This document shows, piece after piece, positions 13,291 through 26,392 of a stretch of DNA of 64,000 bases (the first letter of the stretch is position 1; each line of letters opens with the position of its first letter). A program made the translations under genes and the position numbers. Source of the stretch: Octopus bimaculoides (lineage: Eukaryota); the NCBI RefSeq assembly GCF_001194135.2, contig NC_068984.1:17861765-17925764 (forward strand), given 5' to 3'. The notes beneath the pieces were generated by a model, which saw nothing but the letters and a program-made list of their open reading frames with translations, searched no databases and was not told where the DNA came from.

Positions 13291-13563
13291 CTCGCTCGAA
13301 AATCCTTACACATGTCACAGGCACAAGTCCCAGAAAGGCGACGCTGGGCACAAGTGCTATCCCAATTTTGCTTGCCCCAATAAGTCTTCGCAAGCTGAGT
13401 CTCGTGTCCAATGAAGGAGACGGGCTTTAACCTTTGACACAAAGTCAGCAATGATTGTTAGGTTGTGAGTTCAGTTTTCAGATTGGATGATGTGATGTAT
13501 TCCTGAACAAGGCATTTCAGAAATTTTGAGGATGGGGTTAGCCAGAAAGAGGAAGAGGATTAA

Positions 13564-13800
13564 GGTGGCGAGCTGGCAGAAACGTTACCCCGCCGGGCGA
13601 AATGCTTAGCAGTATTTCAGCTGACGTTATGCTCTGAATTCAAATTCCACCGAGGTCGACTTTGCCTATCATCCTTTCGGGGTCGATAAATTAAGTACCA
13701 GTTACGTACTGGGGTCGATGTAATCGACTTAATCCCTTTGTCTGTTCTTGTTTGTCCCCTCTATGTTTAGCCCCTTGTGGGCAATAAAGAAATAAGAAAG
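13564..13800 (+). mobile_element. SINE family A (A1 tail)
   Basis: Full head, central block and tail ...GCCCCTTGTGGGCAATAAAGAAATAAG. Confidence 0.88.
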
Positions 13801-13868
13801 AGGAAGACGTAGGAAAAAGAGAGAAAAGGAGAAGAAAGGGGGAAGAGAAGACAAAAAGGAAAAAGAAA

Positions 13869-13904
<36 letters not shown>

Positions 13905-14919
13905 CAAAGTAACAATGTCTGGATTGAGAGAAAACAGAATAAGAAAAAAACAGAGAAAGAAAAAACTCAACTGGTGCTCAACTGGTTTTCATTTTACCAC
14001 CATATAAAAGGATGAAAGGCAAAGTTATTCTCAGTGGAATCTGAACTCAGAATAAAAAGAGCTCAAAGAAATACTGGTTGGCATTTAGTCCAATATGCAA
14101 ATGATTCTACTAGCTCACTAGCAGAATTGTTATTCTTTTGAAATAATAAAAACTAACAACTGGTGCAAATACATGTGCTGGAAATAAATTCCACAGGATG
14201 GATTTCTAAGCATTGTTAGAAGGTTCGATATATTGAGTAAAGTACAGATTTTAAACTGCTTTTTTGGGGGGTTTTTTGATTCAAAATCCTAGGTGTTCTA
14301 TAAAAATTGATTGAGTTCCATGAGAGACTGCATAAAAGAGAGAATGAGAATAAATATGTGACCCTGGAAGAAGCTATGGTATTTATTTTTTTGTTAATTA
14401 AGTTATGGTGTTTTCAAAGTCATAAACAAAGTAAAACTATTTGAATTGTTTAGCATTAAAACTTTTATTTTACAAATATAAATTGATTATCTTTATAAAA
14501 TATATGTAAAATACATGATATATGTTACACACATACAGACATACAGACACATATACACATACATATATACACACACTTATTCATATATGTATATGTATAC
14601 GTGTGTGTGTATATATGTATATATACATATATGTGTATATATCATATATGATATATGTAAAAAAAGGAATTAAATTTATTTTTTAAAGCTAAGAAAATAT
14701 TGTTCCAAAATTTACATTCATAAATACAGTGTGTCCCAAAAGTCATCAAATCATTTGAGGTTGAATTTAATTAAAGTATATTTCAGAACCCCCTTTGAGA
14801 TTGTAGGGATACTCTTGTATATCATCATCATTATCATCATCTTAGCGGTCTTAGTGCTCCAGTAGCACAGATGCCAGTCATGTGGTGTTGTCATCAAATT
14901 CGTTTTCAATATATATATA

Positions 14920-15174
14920 TCATCATCATCATCATTTAACATCCACTTTCCATGATAGCATGGGTTGGTCGATTTGACTGAGGACTGGCGAACCAGATGG
15001 CTGCACAAGGCTCCAATCTGATCTGGCAGAGTTTCTGCAGCTGGATGCCCTTCCTAACACCAACCACTCTAACAGTGTGGTGGGTGCTTTTATGTGCCAC
15101 TGGCACGAGGGCCTGTCAGGCGGCACTGGCAATGGCCACGCTCAAATGGTGTTTTTTATGTGCCACCTGCACAG

Positions 15175-15175
<1 letters not shown>
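14920..15175 (-). mobile_element. Family E retroelement copy flanked by (TA)n
   Basis: Homology to the other E copies. Confidence 0.85.
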
Positions 15176-15212
<37 letters not shown>

Positions 15213-15218
<6 letters not shown>

Positions 15219-15375
15219 GATGGGCTTCCTTCAGTTTCTGTCTACCAAATCCACTCACAAGGCATTGGTCAGCTCGAGGCTATAGTAGAAGACACTTGTC
15301 CAAGGTGCCACACGGTGGGACTGAACCGAGAACCATGTGGCTGGGAAGCAAGCTTCTTACCACACAGCCATGCCT
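15213..15375 (-). mobile_element. SINE family B 5' half (other partial B copies at ~19680, 20250, 36660, 40520, 45690 and 47690, all minus)
   Basis: Reverse complement of GGCATGGCTGTGTGGTAAG...GGTTCAGTCCCAC...CACCTTGG.CAAGTGTCTTCTACTATAGCC. Confidence 0.8.
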
Positions 15376-15657
15376 GCATTTTGTGTAGGTTTGCAAAAGA
15401 ATTCTCTGGAAGCACATGTTTCAGTGGCCAGAAACATGTTAAACTATGTCTAGCTGTTTCATACAATAAATATATCAATAACAAAATTTTTTCACCCATC
15501 CTTTAAATACTTCTGTGGGTCCCCAATTTACTACATTGCTTGCACGAACCCCCAAAAATCTTATGTGTACCCCCAAGAATAATATGGACCCTAGTTGAGA
15601 ACCATTGGTCTAGAATTTCCCCCAATAGCTCCTATTTTGGACATGTATTATTTCTTC

Positions 15658-15967
15658 AGGCGCAATGGCCCAGTGGTTAAGGCAGCAGACTCTCGGTCGG
15701 AGGATCGTGGTTTCGATTCCCAGACCGGATGTTGTTGTGTTTATTGAGCGAAAATACCTAAAGTTCCACGAGGCTCCAGCAGGGGTGGTGGCAACCCCTG
15801 TTGTACTCTTTCACTCCAACTTTCTCTCACTCTTTCTTCTTGTTTTTTGAGTAAAGCTGTGATGGACTGGCATCCCGTCCAGCTGGTGGGGGAACATATA
15901 CGCCATAGAAACCAGGAAACCGGGTCCATGAGCCTGGCTAGGCTTTAAAAAGGGCGCATAAATAAAT
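15658..15967 (+). mobile_element. SINE head C + tail Y
   Basis: Head matches 5678; tail GCTGTGATGGACTGG...AAAAGGGCGCATAAAT matches the 31105 copy. Confidence 0.85.
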
Positions 15968-16610
15968 CTTTCCTTCATATTAAAGGTTTGCAAACTATTA
16001 AGTTTATAAAATATCTTCGAATCTTTGTAAGAAAATAAAAATGACAAACAAATACGGATAAACCAAAATGTATGTTCAAAGAATGGAAAAGTGTCATTAG
16101 GAGAAATTGTGTAAACAATAATAACTATTCTGACCTTAGGCCAGATGTTTATTAGGTTAATATAATTTATAAAGCTTGCAAATAAGAATAAGTTTGCATG
16201 CCACCGGGGTAAATACAAAACTATATATAAGTTTTTTGGGACTCTGCGTACATTGTTAGAATTTACATCACTGTAGCATACAAACTTATTTATATAAGTG
16301 AACTTTATTTATTATTGTTGAAATTTCATCATCATCATCATCATCATCATCCTGATCGTTTTAACATCCAATTTTCCATGCTTGCATGGGTTGGAGAAAA
16401 TTTGTTGAGGTAAATTTTCTGTAGTCAGATGCTCTTCTTGTCGTCAATCCATTCCTGTTTCCGAATAAGATAATTTTTCCTCATGACCAGACATGTTTTG
16501 ATGGAAGACTGGAAACAAAGGACATCACTCGCAGAAGAGTAACATTCATATACAACTGTCGAGAGATGTCAAAGCAAAGTAACACACACACATATACTTA
16601 TGTACATATA

Positions 16611-16970
16611 CAGGGTGATTCAAAAGTCTCCATACATAGGGAAAATTTATTTTTTTACAAGAAACAGTTTATAAGATCCCCTAGATTCCCTGAACTGACC
16701 CCTCTTGATTTCTATCTTTGGGGGCATCTGAAAGGCATGGTTTATCATGGAAAGATAAAAGGCATAAATCATTTGAAGGAACGCATCACCAACTCCTTTG
16801 CACAAGTATCACCAGATGTGCTATTACGAGTTCACAATGAGTGGGATAAACGTATTGCAATGTGTATTCAAAACAATGGTAACCATATAGAGCTTGTAAA
16901 ATATTTAAAAAAACTGTTTCTTATAAAAAGATAAATTGTTTCTATGTATGGCAACTTTTGAATCACCCTG
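16611..16970 (+). mobile_element. Internally deleted Tc1/mariner DNA transposon (360 bp)
   Basis: TIRs CAGGGTGATTCAAAAGT..CCATACATAG at both ends, TA flanks; internal transposase C-terminus (P)RFPELTPLDFYLWGHLKGMVY...LKERI...RIAMCIQNNGNHIE. Confidence 0.92.
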
Positions 16971-17483
16971 TATATATGTATTTATATGTGTATATATAGG
17001 CATAGGTGTGGTTGTGTGGAAACATAAAAACAGACGAAATACTGCTAAGCATTTTGCCCGGCGTGCTAATGTTTCTGCCAGCTCACCACCTTAGTGTGAA
17101 ATAAATATTCTTTTCTACTCTAGGCACAAGGCCTGCAATTTTTGTGGAGGGGAGCCAGTGAATTAGATGAAATCAAGGCTCAGTCAGAGTGGACACAGCT
17201 AAACAACAACATATCCATAGGAAGGTGAATGTTAAAATTATGATGATGTAGGATATGATTTGAGGAAAATTTAGCTGCTATTTCATATAAATTGAGCTTC
17301 CACATAGAGGTTTCTTCAATGACTCTTTACCAACAGATATAACTCCCATGCAAACACCATAATTCCAACATCCCAGAATTCACTTATGATGACTTGCAGC
17401 TGAGTATAAAGTTTGAACCTACTCGACAAAATCATTTTAGTATGTACCTTATTTATTCATTTATATGTTTGTTTGTTTACTTA

Positions 17484-18065
17484 TTTGTGCTTGAGAAGAC
17501 TCGGCAAGCCAAGTGAGACCATAACTGTGGTCTATGCAAGTGCAGCATAACCGGCCCATTTAAGAGTACCCTTCAACCATTGGGCAATAAACTATGCTTG
17601 TGAAGACCTGTTGAGGCAAGTGAAGTCATTGTCATGGCAGATGCCAGTACTGCCTGATTGGCACCTGTACTGGTGGCACGTAAAAAGTACCATTCAAGCA
17701 TGGTCAATGCCAGTGTCGGCTGACTGGTCCCGTGCCGGAGGCACATACAAAGCATCATTCGAGCGTGGTTGTTGTCAGTGCCGCCTGATTGGCTCCCGTG
17801 CCAGTGACACATAAGAGGCACCATTCAAGCATGGTTGATGCCTATACTGCCTGACTAGCCCTCGTGCCGGTGGCATGTAAAAAGCACCCACTACACTCTC
17901 GGAGTGGTTGGCATTATGAAGGGCATCCAGCTGTAGAAACATTGCCAATTTGAAACCAGCTGAAATTTGGAGCCTGGTGCAGCTGGCTTGCCAGCCCTCA
18001 GTCAAACTCTCCAACCTATGCCAACATGGAAAGCAGACGTTAAACAACAATGATGTTGATGATGA
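17484..18065 (+). mobile_element. Long family E element with about four internal ~62-bp repeat units
   Basis: Repeated CCATTC.AGC.TGG...GCC..TACTGCCTGA.TGG.CC.GTGCCGGTGGCAC.TAAAAAGCA units, then the common tail and (GAT)n. Confidence 0.8.
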
Positions 18066-18484
18066 TAAATCAGATAAGAAAGATCATGTTTTAAAATTGT
18101 TCTTGAAGAATTCTTCTTAGTTTATTGCTGAATCCAAGCATTTGTAAATAATGAATAATGATTTTGTAAGCATACATTTTTCAACTCCAAAAAAAAAAAA
18201 AGCCAGGTTTCCATATTGCAATTTATCTACATGAAATTTTTAAAAATTGTGCTTAAAAGGTAATGACATGTTTTCTGTTCTTTGAAATAGATTTGTATTT
18301 TGTTCATGTTAAATATTACTAGAATTTGTCCAAAGTATATCATTATCATTGTGGATGTTTTAACATTCATATTTTCATGTCTGCATGGATTAGATGAAAT
18401 TTGTTAACACAGATAGATTTTCTACAGCTGGATGCTCTTCCTATCATCAACCCTTACCTGTTTACAAGTAAGGTAATATTTTCA

Positions 18485-18710
18485 AGGGCGGTGAGCTAGC
18501 AGAATCGTTAGCATGCTGAGCAAAATGCTTAGTGTTATTTCGTCTGCCATTACGTTCTGAGTTCAAATTCCACCAAGGTCAACTTTGCCTTTCATCCTTT
18601 CGGGGTCAATTAAATAAGTACCAGTTACACACTGGGGTCGATGTAATCAACTTAATCCCTTGTTTGTCCCCTCTATGTTTAGCCCCCTGTGTGCAATAAG
18701 GAAATAAATA
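18485..18710 (+). mobile_element. SINE family A (A1) inserted into a family F copy (18340-18780)
   Basis: F sequence resumes after the SINE; AATATTTT duplicated at both junctions. Confidence 0.8.
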
Positions 18711-18829
18711 TTTTTCCATGACTAGATATGTTATCATGGTAGATTAGAAATGAACATGTGACAATGTCAAGACAAGGAGACACATGCACAAACACACAAA
18801 TTGACACATGCACATACATATATTGATAT

Positions 18830-19230
18830 CAGCTGTCCATTGTAGGTCAATGTTGATTGTTTTGTCCAGAAATCATCTCTGTCAGGCTCACATGTGGGCA
18901 GCAAGGCCTGCCCTTGATTTGCAGTAGTGGTGACGTCTGTTGCGGGTGAAGCTCATGACCTCATGTCTCTGAATAAAACACAGTAAGTAAGGCAGGTGGC
19001 ATAATTCCCTCACCAAACTGCTGCTCTGAACATCCATACCAAGTACCAAGTGGTGTACAAGAGTGCAACAAGCACAGTCAATAATGAGACTAACCCGCAT
19101 TAGAAGCTAATTTGCTAGTTGACACCCAACCATTGTCTGATGGTACAGATCTTCAACTTGGCTGCAATAACCTTCAAGTTATTGATCTTGGACTTCTCTG
19201 ACTTGTAGGAATTCTCTGCCCTCCTTGCTC
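18830..19230 (-). mobile_element. RTE/BovB-like LINE 3' end relic
   Basis: Minus frame ...FTRNRRHHYCKSRAGLAAHM resembles the terminal C2H2-like motif (C.SRIGL.SH.R) of RTE elements. Confidence 0.5.
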
Positions 19231-19630
19231 ACATCTTTTCTCCCTCACACAAACACACACTATAAATAAGAAGATGGAGAATGCATACAGCACTGTTTCT
19301 GATCCTGTTGCATATAAATGTGATTATATCATTGTGACACTTCATTCGATTAGCATTAAGTCATAGGTTTTTACATTGTACCAAAAGCAAGTGTGAATAA
19401 CGATAAACTTATGTTATATTCATTCTGCATCTTCTTACTTGTATTATACGTTACTCTTCATTTGTCTTAGACATCGCCTGCATCAGTGTTGTACCTAGGG
19501 TTCCTCCACCAGCAGACTTTCAAATTACGTGAAGGTTCCAGAATGTAAATAGCCAGAAGTTCAGATTAAGTGCTGAATTGGGAATGTACCAATTTTCAAC
19601 CCTATCAGGAGGACCTACACTATATGTATG

Positions 19631-19662
<32 letters not shown>

Positions 19663-20178
19663 TGTATGTATGTATGTACATGATGGGCTTCTTTCAGTTT
19701 CCATCGACCGTATCCACTCACAAAGCTTTGGTTGGCCCAAGGCTATAGTGGAAGACACTTGCCCAGTGTGTCATACAGTTGAACTGAACCCAAAGTCATA
19801 TGGTCGGGAAGCAACCACATGGGAAGCAACCACATGGAAGTAAAATTGAAGTCATAAAGATTTTTGTTTATTCCAAACATGGAAAAGCAGATGTTAAAAT
19901 GGTGGTGGTGGTGGTGGCGGTGGCAGTGACGGTGGTGGTGGTGGTGAATTTTTGAAATCAGTTGTTAAGTGTCAGTTTCCTGACAGTTAACAACAAACTC
20001 AGGTAATTTATGCCAAGTTTGAGCAATTCCGAGAGTGAAAAACATGTTTCCAAAAGTCATGGTTACTAAGCCTTTTGTTTTTCCTTTTTTTAAAATTTCA
20101 TAAGTACGTACACCATATAATACACTTACATTTTATTGTAGATAGATAGATTGATTGATAGATGATAGATAGAAAGAC

Positions 20179-20223
<45 letters not shown>

Positions 20224-20392
20224 GGCAGACAGATAGATAGATAGCTATATGACAGGGTTCTTTCAGTTTCCATCTACAAAATCCACTTACAAGGCTTTGA
20301 TCAACCCGAGGCTATAGTTGTAGACATTTGCCCACAGTGCCACACAGTGGGACTGAACCCAGAATTATGTGGTTGGAAAGTAAACATCTTAC

Positions 20393-20886
20393 TACTGAAG
20401 GCATCGTTGAAAATAGAAATGCAAAATCCTATGGGATTTTATGATTCAGTGCAACCATGAGATAGAGATTAGGAAGCTGGACATAGTGTTAATTGAGAAA
20501 GAAAACAAACTATGCTGGATCATAGATATAGCATGCCCAGCTGACAACAAGATATGCGACAAGGAAGAAAGAAAAGTCGAGAGATATGACAGGTTAGCTT
20601 GGGAGGTTAAGTAGTTGCGGTCGAGGAAAAAGGTAGCAGTAGTACCAATAATTGTCAGAGCCCTGGAAACAGTGAGCAAAAATCTCAAGATGTATGTGGA
20701 ACAAATAGGGGCTGCAATAAGGGTGGAGCAATTGCAGGAAACAGCACTGCTTGGAACTGCTCGAATACTCTGAAAGGTGCTCGAAAAATAAGAAGTGTTA
20801 CCTTAGTTCACTGGTAGTGAACAGCTAATACTGTAGTACATCTCCAGCATTAGAAGCTATGCAAAGGCAACAATAATAATAATAAT
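20393..20886 (+). mobile_element. Dong/R4-clade 3' end with (TAA)n tail
   Basis: IQCNHEIEIRKLDIVLIEKENKLCWIIDIACPAD...K.ERY..L...VVPIIV.AL..VSK...LQETALLGTARIL.KVLE (RLE C-terminus, with stops), 3' UTR, then AATAATAATAAT. Confidence 0.85.
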
Positions 20887-20889
20887 GAA

Positions 20890-21275
20890 ATTATTGTGTA
20901 TAGTTCTCAGGTGCACTACAGCTCATCAAAGGTGTATGTACAGTACATAGAATTATGTACAAAAGTCAGGTAAGTGAACAATGTATGAGTCACGATACAT
21001 ATGTGTGCATGCGTGTGGAGGGACGGGTATAAGGTGTAATGTTAACGAATTTCAGGAAGCATGGAGGTTTTAAAGGATACAATATCTCGGAAACTAACAA
21101 CTGATGCAGGTAGTTTGTTCCATGCTTCAGCAATTCTGAGTGTGAAAAAATGTTTCTGAAAGTCATGGGAGCTGTGCTGTTTTCTGAATTTGTAGGTATC
21201 CCCATGTGTGTTAGACACATGGAGTTCAAAAAGGTGCTCAAGGTGGTTGTTGGCACAATCCTTGAGACATCTGCA
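20890..21275 (-). mobile_element. CR1-type LINE 3' end
   Basis: Minus frame QHSSHDFQKHFFTLRIAEAWNKLPASVV...SFKTSM, the CR1/L2 C-terminal (RKHFFS.RV...WN.LP) motif. Confidence 0.8.
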
Positions 21276-23610
21276 TTAAAAATAAAATGTATCTTCAGCT
21301 TATCAAAATTTTCCTACAATATCTGACATGAGATTCTAGCCATGAGTTGTGTTCAACATTTGGCTTTAAATCAAAATGTTCGAGTAAAAATATTTACTAT
21401 AACAGGAAAAAAATATATTACTTATTTCAAAAATTGTCTTGTCGCCAAAACAATTTAATTAAAAGAATGGATTAAACCATGAGCCAGAGGTAGTGTAACT
21501 TCAAGAAATATGTCTGTGAAACAAAATATAAATAGAAATTTCAAAACTGTAAAAAAAATCAATTTGAATCATTAAAGCAACATGAAAATATTATTCTGCA
21601 TCGATGTGTCTTACTTTAGATGTCTTATCTAAAGTTGGCATACAACATGAGGTTCTTCAGAATGAAGGGAAAAAATACATAAATAAACTAGTGAATTGCA
21701 GTTGGAATATTCTTCAAGTCCCTTCCTTCTTTTGACTTCTGTCCAGCAGTAAAGCTAGATGAATATAAAACTTATCACGGAAAAAGAAAACCAGAAAAAG
21801 ACATTATTATGCTTCGTTCAATTTACCTTAGGGAAAATAAATGCTATTCTATCTTTGTGATAAGAAGAGTGTCTCTTTTTTTTTTTTTCTTCCCCCTTTT
21901 CTTTTTAATCTCTGGATTCCTTTCAGTTTACTTGCTTTAGAAAGCATTTATATGTTAATGTCTAAGATTATAAAAATTGTTTCATGCATGCCATAAAATT
22001 TCAAAAGATAAAAATTAAAACCAAAAATCCAAAACCAAAATTTTAATAATGTAAGAAGGTAATTGAAGTTGATCAGAGAGTTTTCTGATTGAAGTTCAAT
22101 GTTGACAGAAATATTTCAGGTGAAATTATTTGTCTGCAAAACTCAGAACAATTTCCATGATATATCACTTTAAAATATATACATATTCTCCATGTAATTA
22201 TGATGAAGTAGTTTATATAATAAGAGAAACAATATCTTGATTTAGCATTTAGTTAGTATGAAGAAATCGTCTCTTAACAGGTTGAAGGTCATACAAGCGT
22301 TGGTTTATAAACCTGCAACCGAACATTCACTTCTCTTCTCCCCTCAAACACAACAGACACACAAATGCATACGCACATGCTTACACATGCACATACACAT
22401 GCACGTACACACAGACACATACACATGCACACACAAATACATGCACACACATACGCACATTCTTTCTCTCTCCCTCTCACCCTCTCTCCCTCTCACCCTC
22501 TCTCCCTCTCACCCTCTCTCNNNNNNNNNNNNNNNNNNNNNNNNNNNNNNNNNNNNNNNNNNNNNNNNNNNNNNNNNNNNNNNNNNNNNNNNNNNNNNNN
22601 NNNNNNNNNNNNNNNNNNNNNNNNNNNNNNNNNNNNNNNNNNNNNNNNNNNNNNNNNNNNNNNNNNNNNNNNNNNNNNNNNNNNNNNNNNNNNNNNNNNN
22701 NNNNNNNNNNNNNNNNNNNNNNNNNNNNNNNNNNNNNNNNNNNNNNNNNNNNNNNNNNNNNNNNNNNNNNNNNNNNNNNNNNNNNNNNNNNNNNNNNNNN
22801 NNNNNNNNNNNNNNNNNNNNNNNNNNNNNNNNNNNNNNNNNNNNNNNNNNNNNNNNNNNNNNNNNNNNNNNNNNNNNNNNNNNNNNNNNNNNNNNNNNNN
22901 NNNNNNNNNNNNNNNNNNNNNNNNNNNNNNNNNNNNNNNNNNNNNNNNNNNNNNNNNNNNNNNNNNNNNNNNNNNNNNNNNNNNNNNNNNNNNNNNNNNN
23001 NNNNNNNNNNNNNNNNNNNNNNNNNNNNNNNNNNNNNNNNNNNNNNNNNNNNNNNNNNNNNNNNNNNNCTACTGAATTTGCTTCAAGATAGGTTTAAAAG
23101 CATGATTTAATATCTGTCAATGTCTTGCCTATTCCACTGAATTTTAAGACTTCAAGAACTCCTTCTTCTTGTCTTTTCTAATTCCTCTATGTTCTCCATC
23201 CACTGCTCTCTGGACGGATAGCATGGTATCTCAGCCCATTCTATTTTCCATTATCATCATTATTATTATTATTTTTACTTAATCTATTTCTAAGAAATTT
23301 CATTATCTTATGCTGTCTATCAACACTAATAATCACTGTTGCTGCCTGGCAGGGTATTTTTTTTTTTCTTCCTTTTCTTTGCAATTGGTACTTTTTCTCT
23401 GCTTAATCTGACAGCCAGTTGCGTAAGAATAAGCTACGTAAGAGCACAGTTCAAACTACAAATATGAAACTAAAATTAATGGAACAGAAATAAAAAGAGA
23501 GAAAGAAACTAAATGGATTGCTTATTCATTATTCAAGGAGATTAATGAGCTGCAATTTTAAGACAAGTTTAGAATTTGGGTGAATTTTAAAGTAATTTGT
23601 AAATATGATA

Positions 23611-23895
23611 GGTGCAGGCATGGCTGTGTGGTAGGAAGCTTGCTTCCCAACTACATGGTTCTGTGTTCAGTCCCAATGGGTGACACCTTGGTCTAAGTGT
23701 CTTCTACTAGAGCCTCAGGCTGACCAAAACCTTGTAAGTGGATTTCGTAGATGGAAACTGAAAGAAGTCCATTGTATATGTGTGTGTGTGTGCATTAAAA
23801 AAATGATGCTGGTGTGTTTAAGTCTCTAGAACTTAGCTGTTTGGCAAAAGGTGACTGATAGAATAAGTACCAGGCTTGAAAAAATAAGTACCAGG
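23611..23895 (+). mobile_element. SINE family B
   Basis: tRNA-like head, CORE-like CACCTTGG..AAGTGTCTT block, internal (TG)n. Confidence 0.85.
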
Positions 23896-24104
23896 GACTA
23901 AAAATTCTACTGGTATCCAGTAGATGTTAAGTTAGAGAAGACATGGTTTGATAAATGACCAAAAGGTTCAAAAATGGAGTGTACAACTTATATCTATGTA
24001 GAAGACCATAAATTATGATGTGTAACATAATGGTATATAGATTAAACTGTATGACACTGTTGTGTGCTTATCTGGTGTAAGAGGCAATATATAACATACA
24101 GAAT

Positions 24105-24990
24105 GGTGGAGAGCTGGTAGAAATGTTAGCACACCGGACAAAATGCTTAGCAGTATTTCGTCTGCCACTACGTTCTGAGTTCAAATTCCGCCGAGGTCGA
24201 CTTTGCCTTTCATCCCTTCGGGGTCTATTAAATAAGTACCAGTTACGCACTGGGGTCGATATAATCGACTTAATCTGTTTGTCCCTTCTGTGTGTAGCCC
24301 CTTGTGGACAGTAAAGAAATAAGAAATGTTAGCACACCGGGTGAAATGTTTAGTGGTATTTCGTCTGCCGTTACGTTCTGAGTTCAAATTCCACCGAGCT
24401 CAACTTTGCCTTTCATCCTTTCGTGGTCGAGTAAATAAGTACCAGTTACGCATTGGGGTCGATATAATCGACTTAATCCGTTTGTCTGTCCTTGTTTGTC
24501 CCCTCTGTGTGTAGCCCCTTGTGGTCCAATAAACAAATCAGAAACGTTAGCACACCGGATGAAATGCTTAGTGGTATTTCGTCTGCTGCTACGTTCTGAG
24601 TTCAAATTCCACCGAGGTTGACTTTGCCTTTCATCCTTTCGGATTCAATAAATTAAGTATCAGTTGTGTACTGGGGTCAATCTAATCAACTGGCACCCTC
24701 CTCCAAAATTTCAGGCCTTGTGCCTAGAGTAGAAAAGAATATATTGGTCTCAAATTTAAAAGGGTGGAGAGCTGGCAGAATCCTTAACGTTAGGTGAAAT
24801 GCCTAGTGGAATTTCATCTGCTGTTAGGTTCTGAGTTCAAATTCCACTGAGATCAACTTTGCCTTTCATCCTTTCAGGGTCAATAAATTAAGTACCAGTT
24901 ACACACTGGGGTCGATGTAATTGACTTAATCCCTTTCTCTGTCCTTGTTTGTCCCCGCTATGTTTAGCCCCCTGTGTGCGTTAAGAAATA
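24105..24990 (+). mobile_element. Tandem array of four SINE family A units (A1-A1-A2, then A1)
   Basis: Units start at about 24105, 24322, 24540 and 24761; period ~218 bp for the first three. Confidence 0.9.
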
Positions 24991-25651
24991 CATATATAAC
25001 GCATAGAGAACATAGTTTAACAAGTAATATTTGAATTCAGGTGAATTTTTATAGTGTAAACATTTTTAGCCTAAATTCATATTTGAATATTTCATGCTTG
25101 AATGGATGCTTTAATGTTGGTATTTATATTTAGTTCCGACATTTAATTTAAACTGAAATGCTTCATATTATATATAATTGATGAAGCTGGTGATTTTTTA
25201 AGCAAACATAATTAAATGACTAATCGGAAAGTTTATAAAACTTATATTAGCAATTCTCAAATAAGTAAATGTGTTTTCAAAAACACGATGAACCAAAAAG
25301 TAAATAACAACAATGATAATAATAGTGGTGGTGGTGGTGGTGGTGTAGGTGGTGGCAGCGGCGGCAGCATTGGTGGTGGTGGCAGTGGCAGCGGTGGCGG
25401 TGGTGGTGATGGTGACAATGATGATGGTGGTGATGATTCTATACATTTCCAGAGTTGATACACGTTTTCTTAAAATGTTAATAACTGCAGCATAATACTA
25501 TGACAATTTTTCCAAAAATGCTGCAGAGGAAGAAGGATTTATTAAACAAATAAAATATAAAGAAGACATAATAAAATTATCAGCAGAAATATATTTTTAA
25601 AAGGTAGGTTGATATAACCAAAGATTCAACATAAATATATTACAGACAGGA

Positions 25652-26313
25652 GTGAAGGCATGTGGCTGAGTGGTTCGGGCATTCGACTTACGATCATGTG
25701 GTTGTGAATTCAATTTCCGGTGACACTATATTTCACATTGCACCAGTCCACTCAGCTGATGAAAATGAATAGTACCTGTAATTGAAAGGGGCAGCCTTGT
25801 CACACTTTGTGTCATGCTGGACATCCCTGAGTACTACGTTAAGGGTACACATGTCTGTGGAGTGCTCAGCCACTTGCCTATTAATTTCACGAGCAAGTTG
25901 TTCAGTTGATTGTATCAGCTGGACCCTCATCATCGTAACCAATGGAGTACACCTTTTTGTGGAGGCCCAATGGCTCAGTGGTTCAGACAGTGGACTTGTG
26001 GTCATAGGATTACGGTTTCGATTCTGAGCAAAATCACCTAAAGTTCCATGAGGCACAAGTAGTGGGTGGTGGTGAACTCTGCTGTATTCTTTCACCACAA
26101 CTTTCTCTCACTCTTACTTCCTGTTTCTGTTGTACCTGTATTTCAAAGGGGCCAGCCTTGTCACACTGTGTGTCATGCTGAATCTCCCCAAGAACTACAT
26201 TAAGGGTACACATGTCTGTGGAGTGCTCAGCCACTTGCATGTTAATTTCACAAGCAGGCTGTTCCATTTATCGGATCAACTGGAACCCTCGTTGTCATCA
26301 CTGACGGAGTGCC
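25652..26313 (+). mobile_element. Adjacent SINEs: D+X (25652-25951) and C+X (25959-26313)
   Basis: Two different tRNA-like heads each followed by the same ~170-bp tail. Confidence 0.85.
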
Positions 26314-26353
26314 ATGATTGCAGACACGTAAGAAGATAGATAGACAGATAGAA

Positions 26354-26392
<39 letters not shown>

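Noticed and set aside
14920-15210. Family E copies flanked by (TA)n (also 11123), suggesting TA-repeat targeting
   Set aside because: Other E copies (13004, 17484, 46880) have no TA flanks, so the pattern is not consistent.
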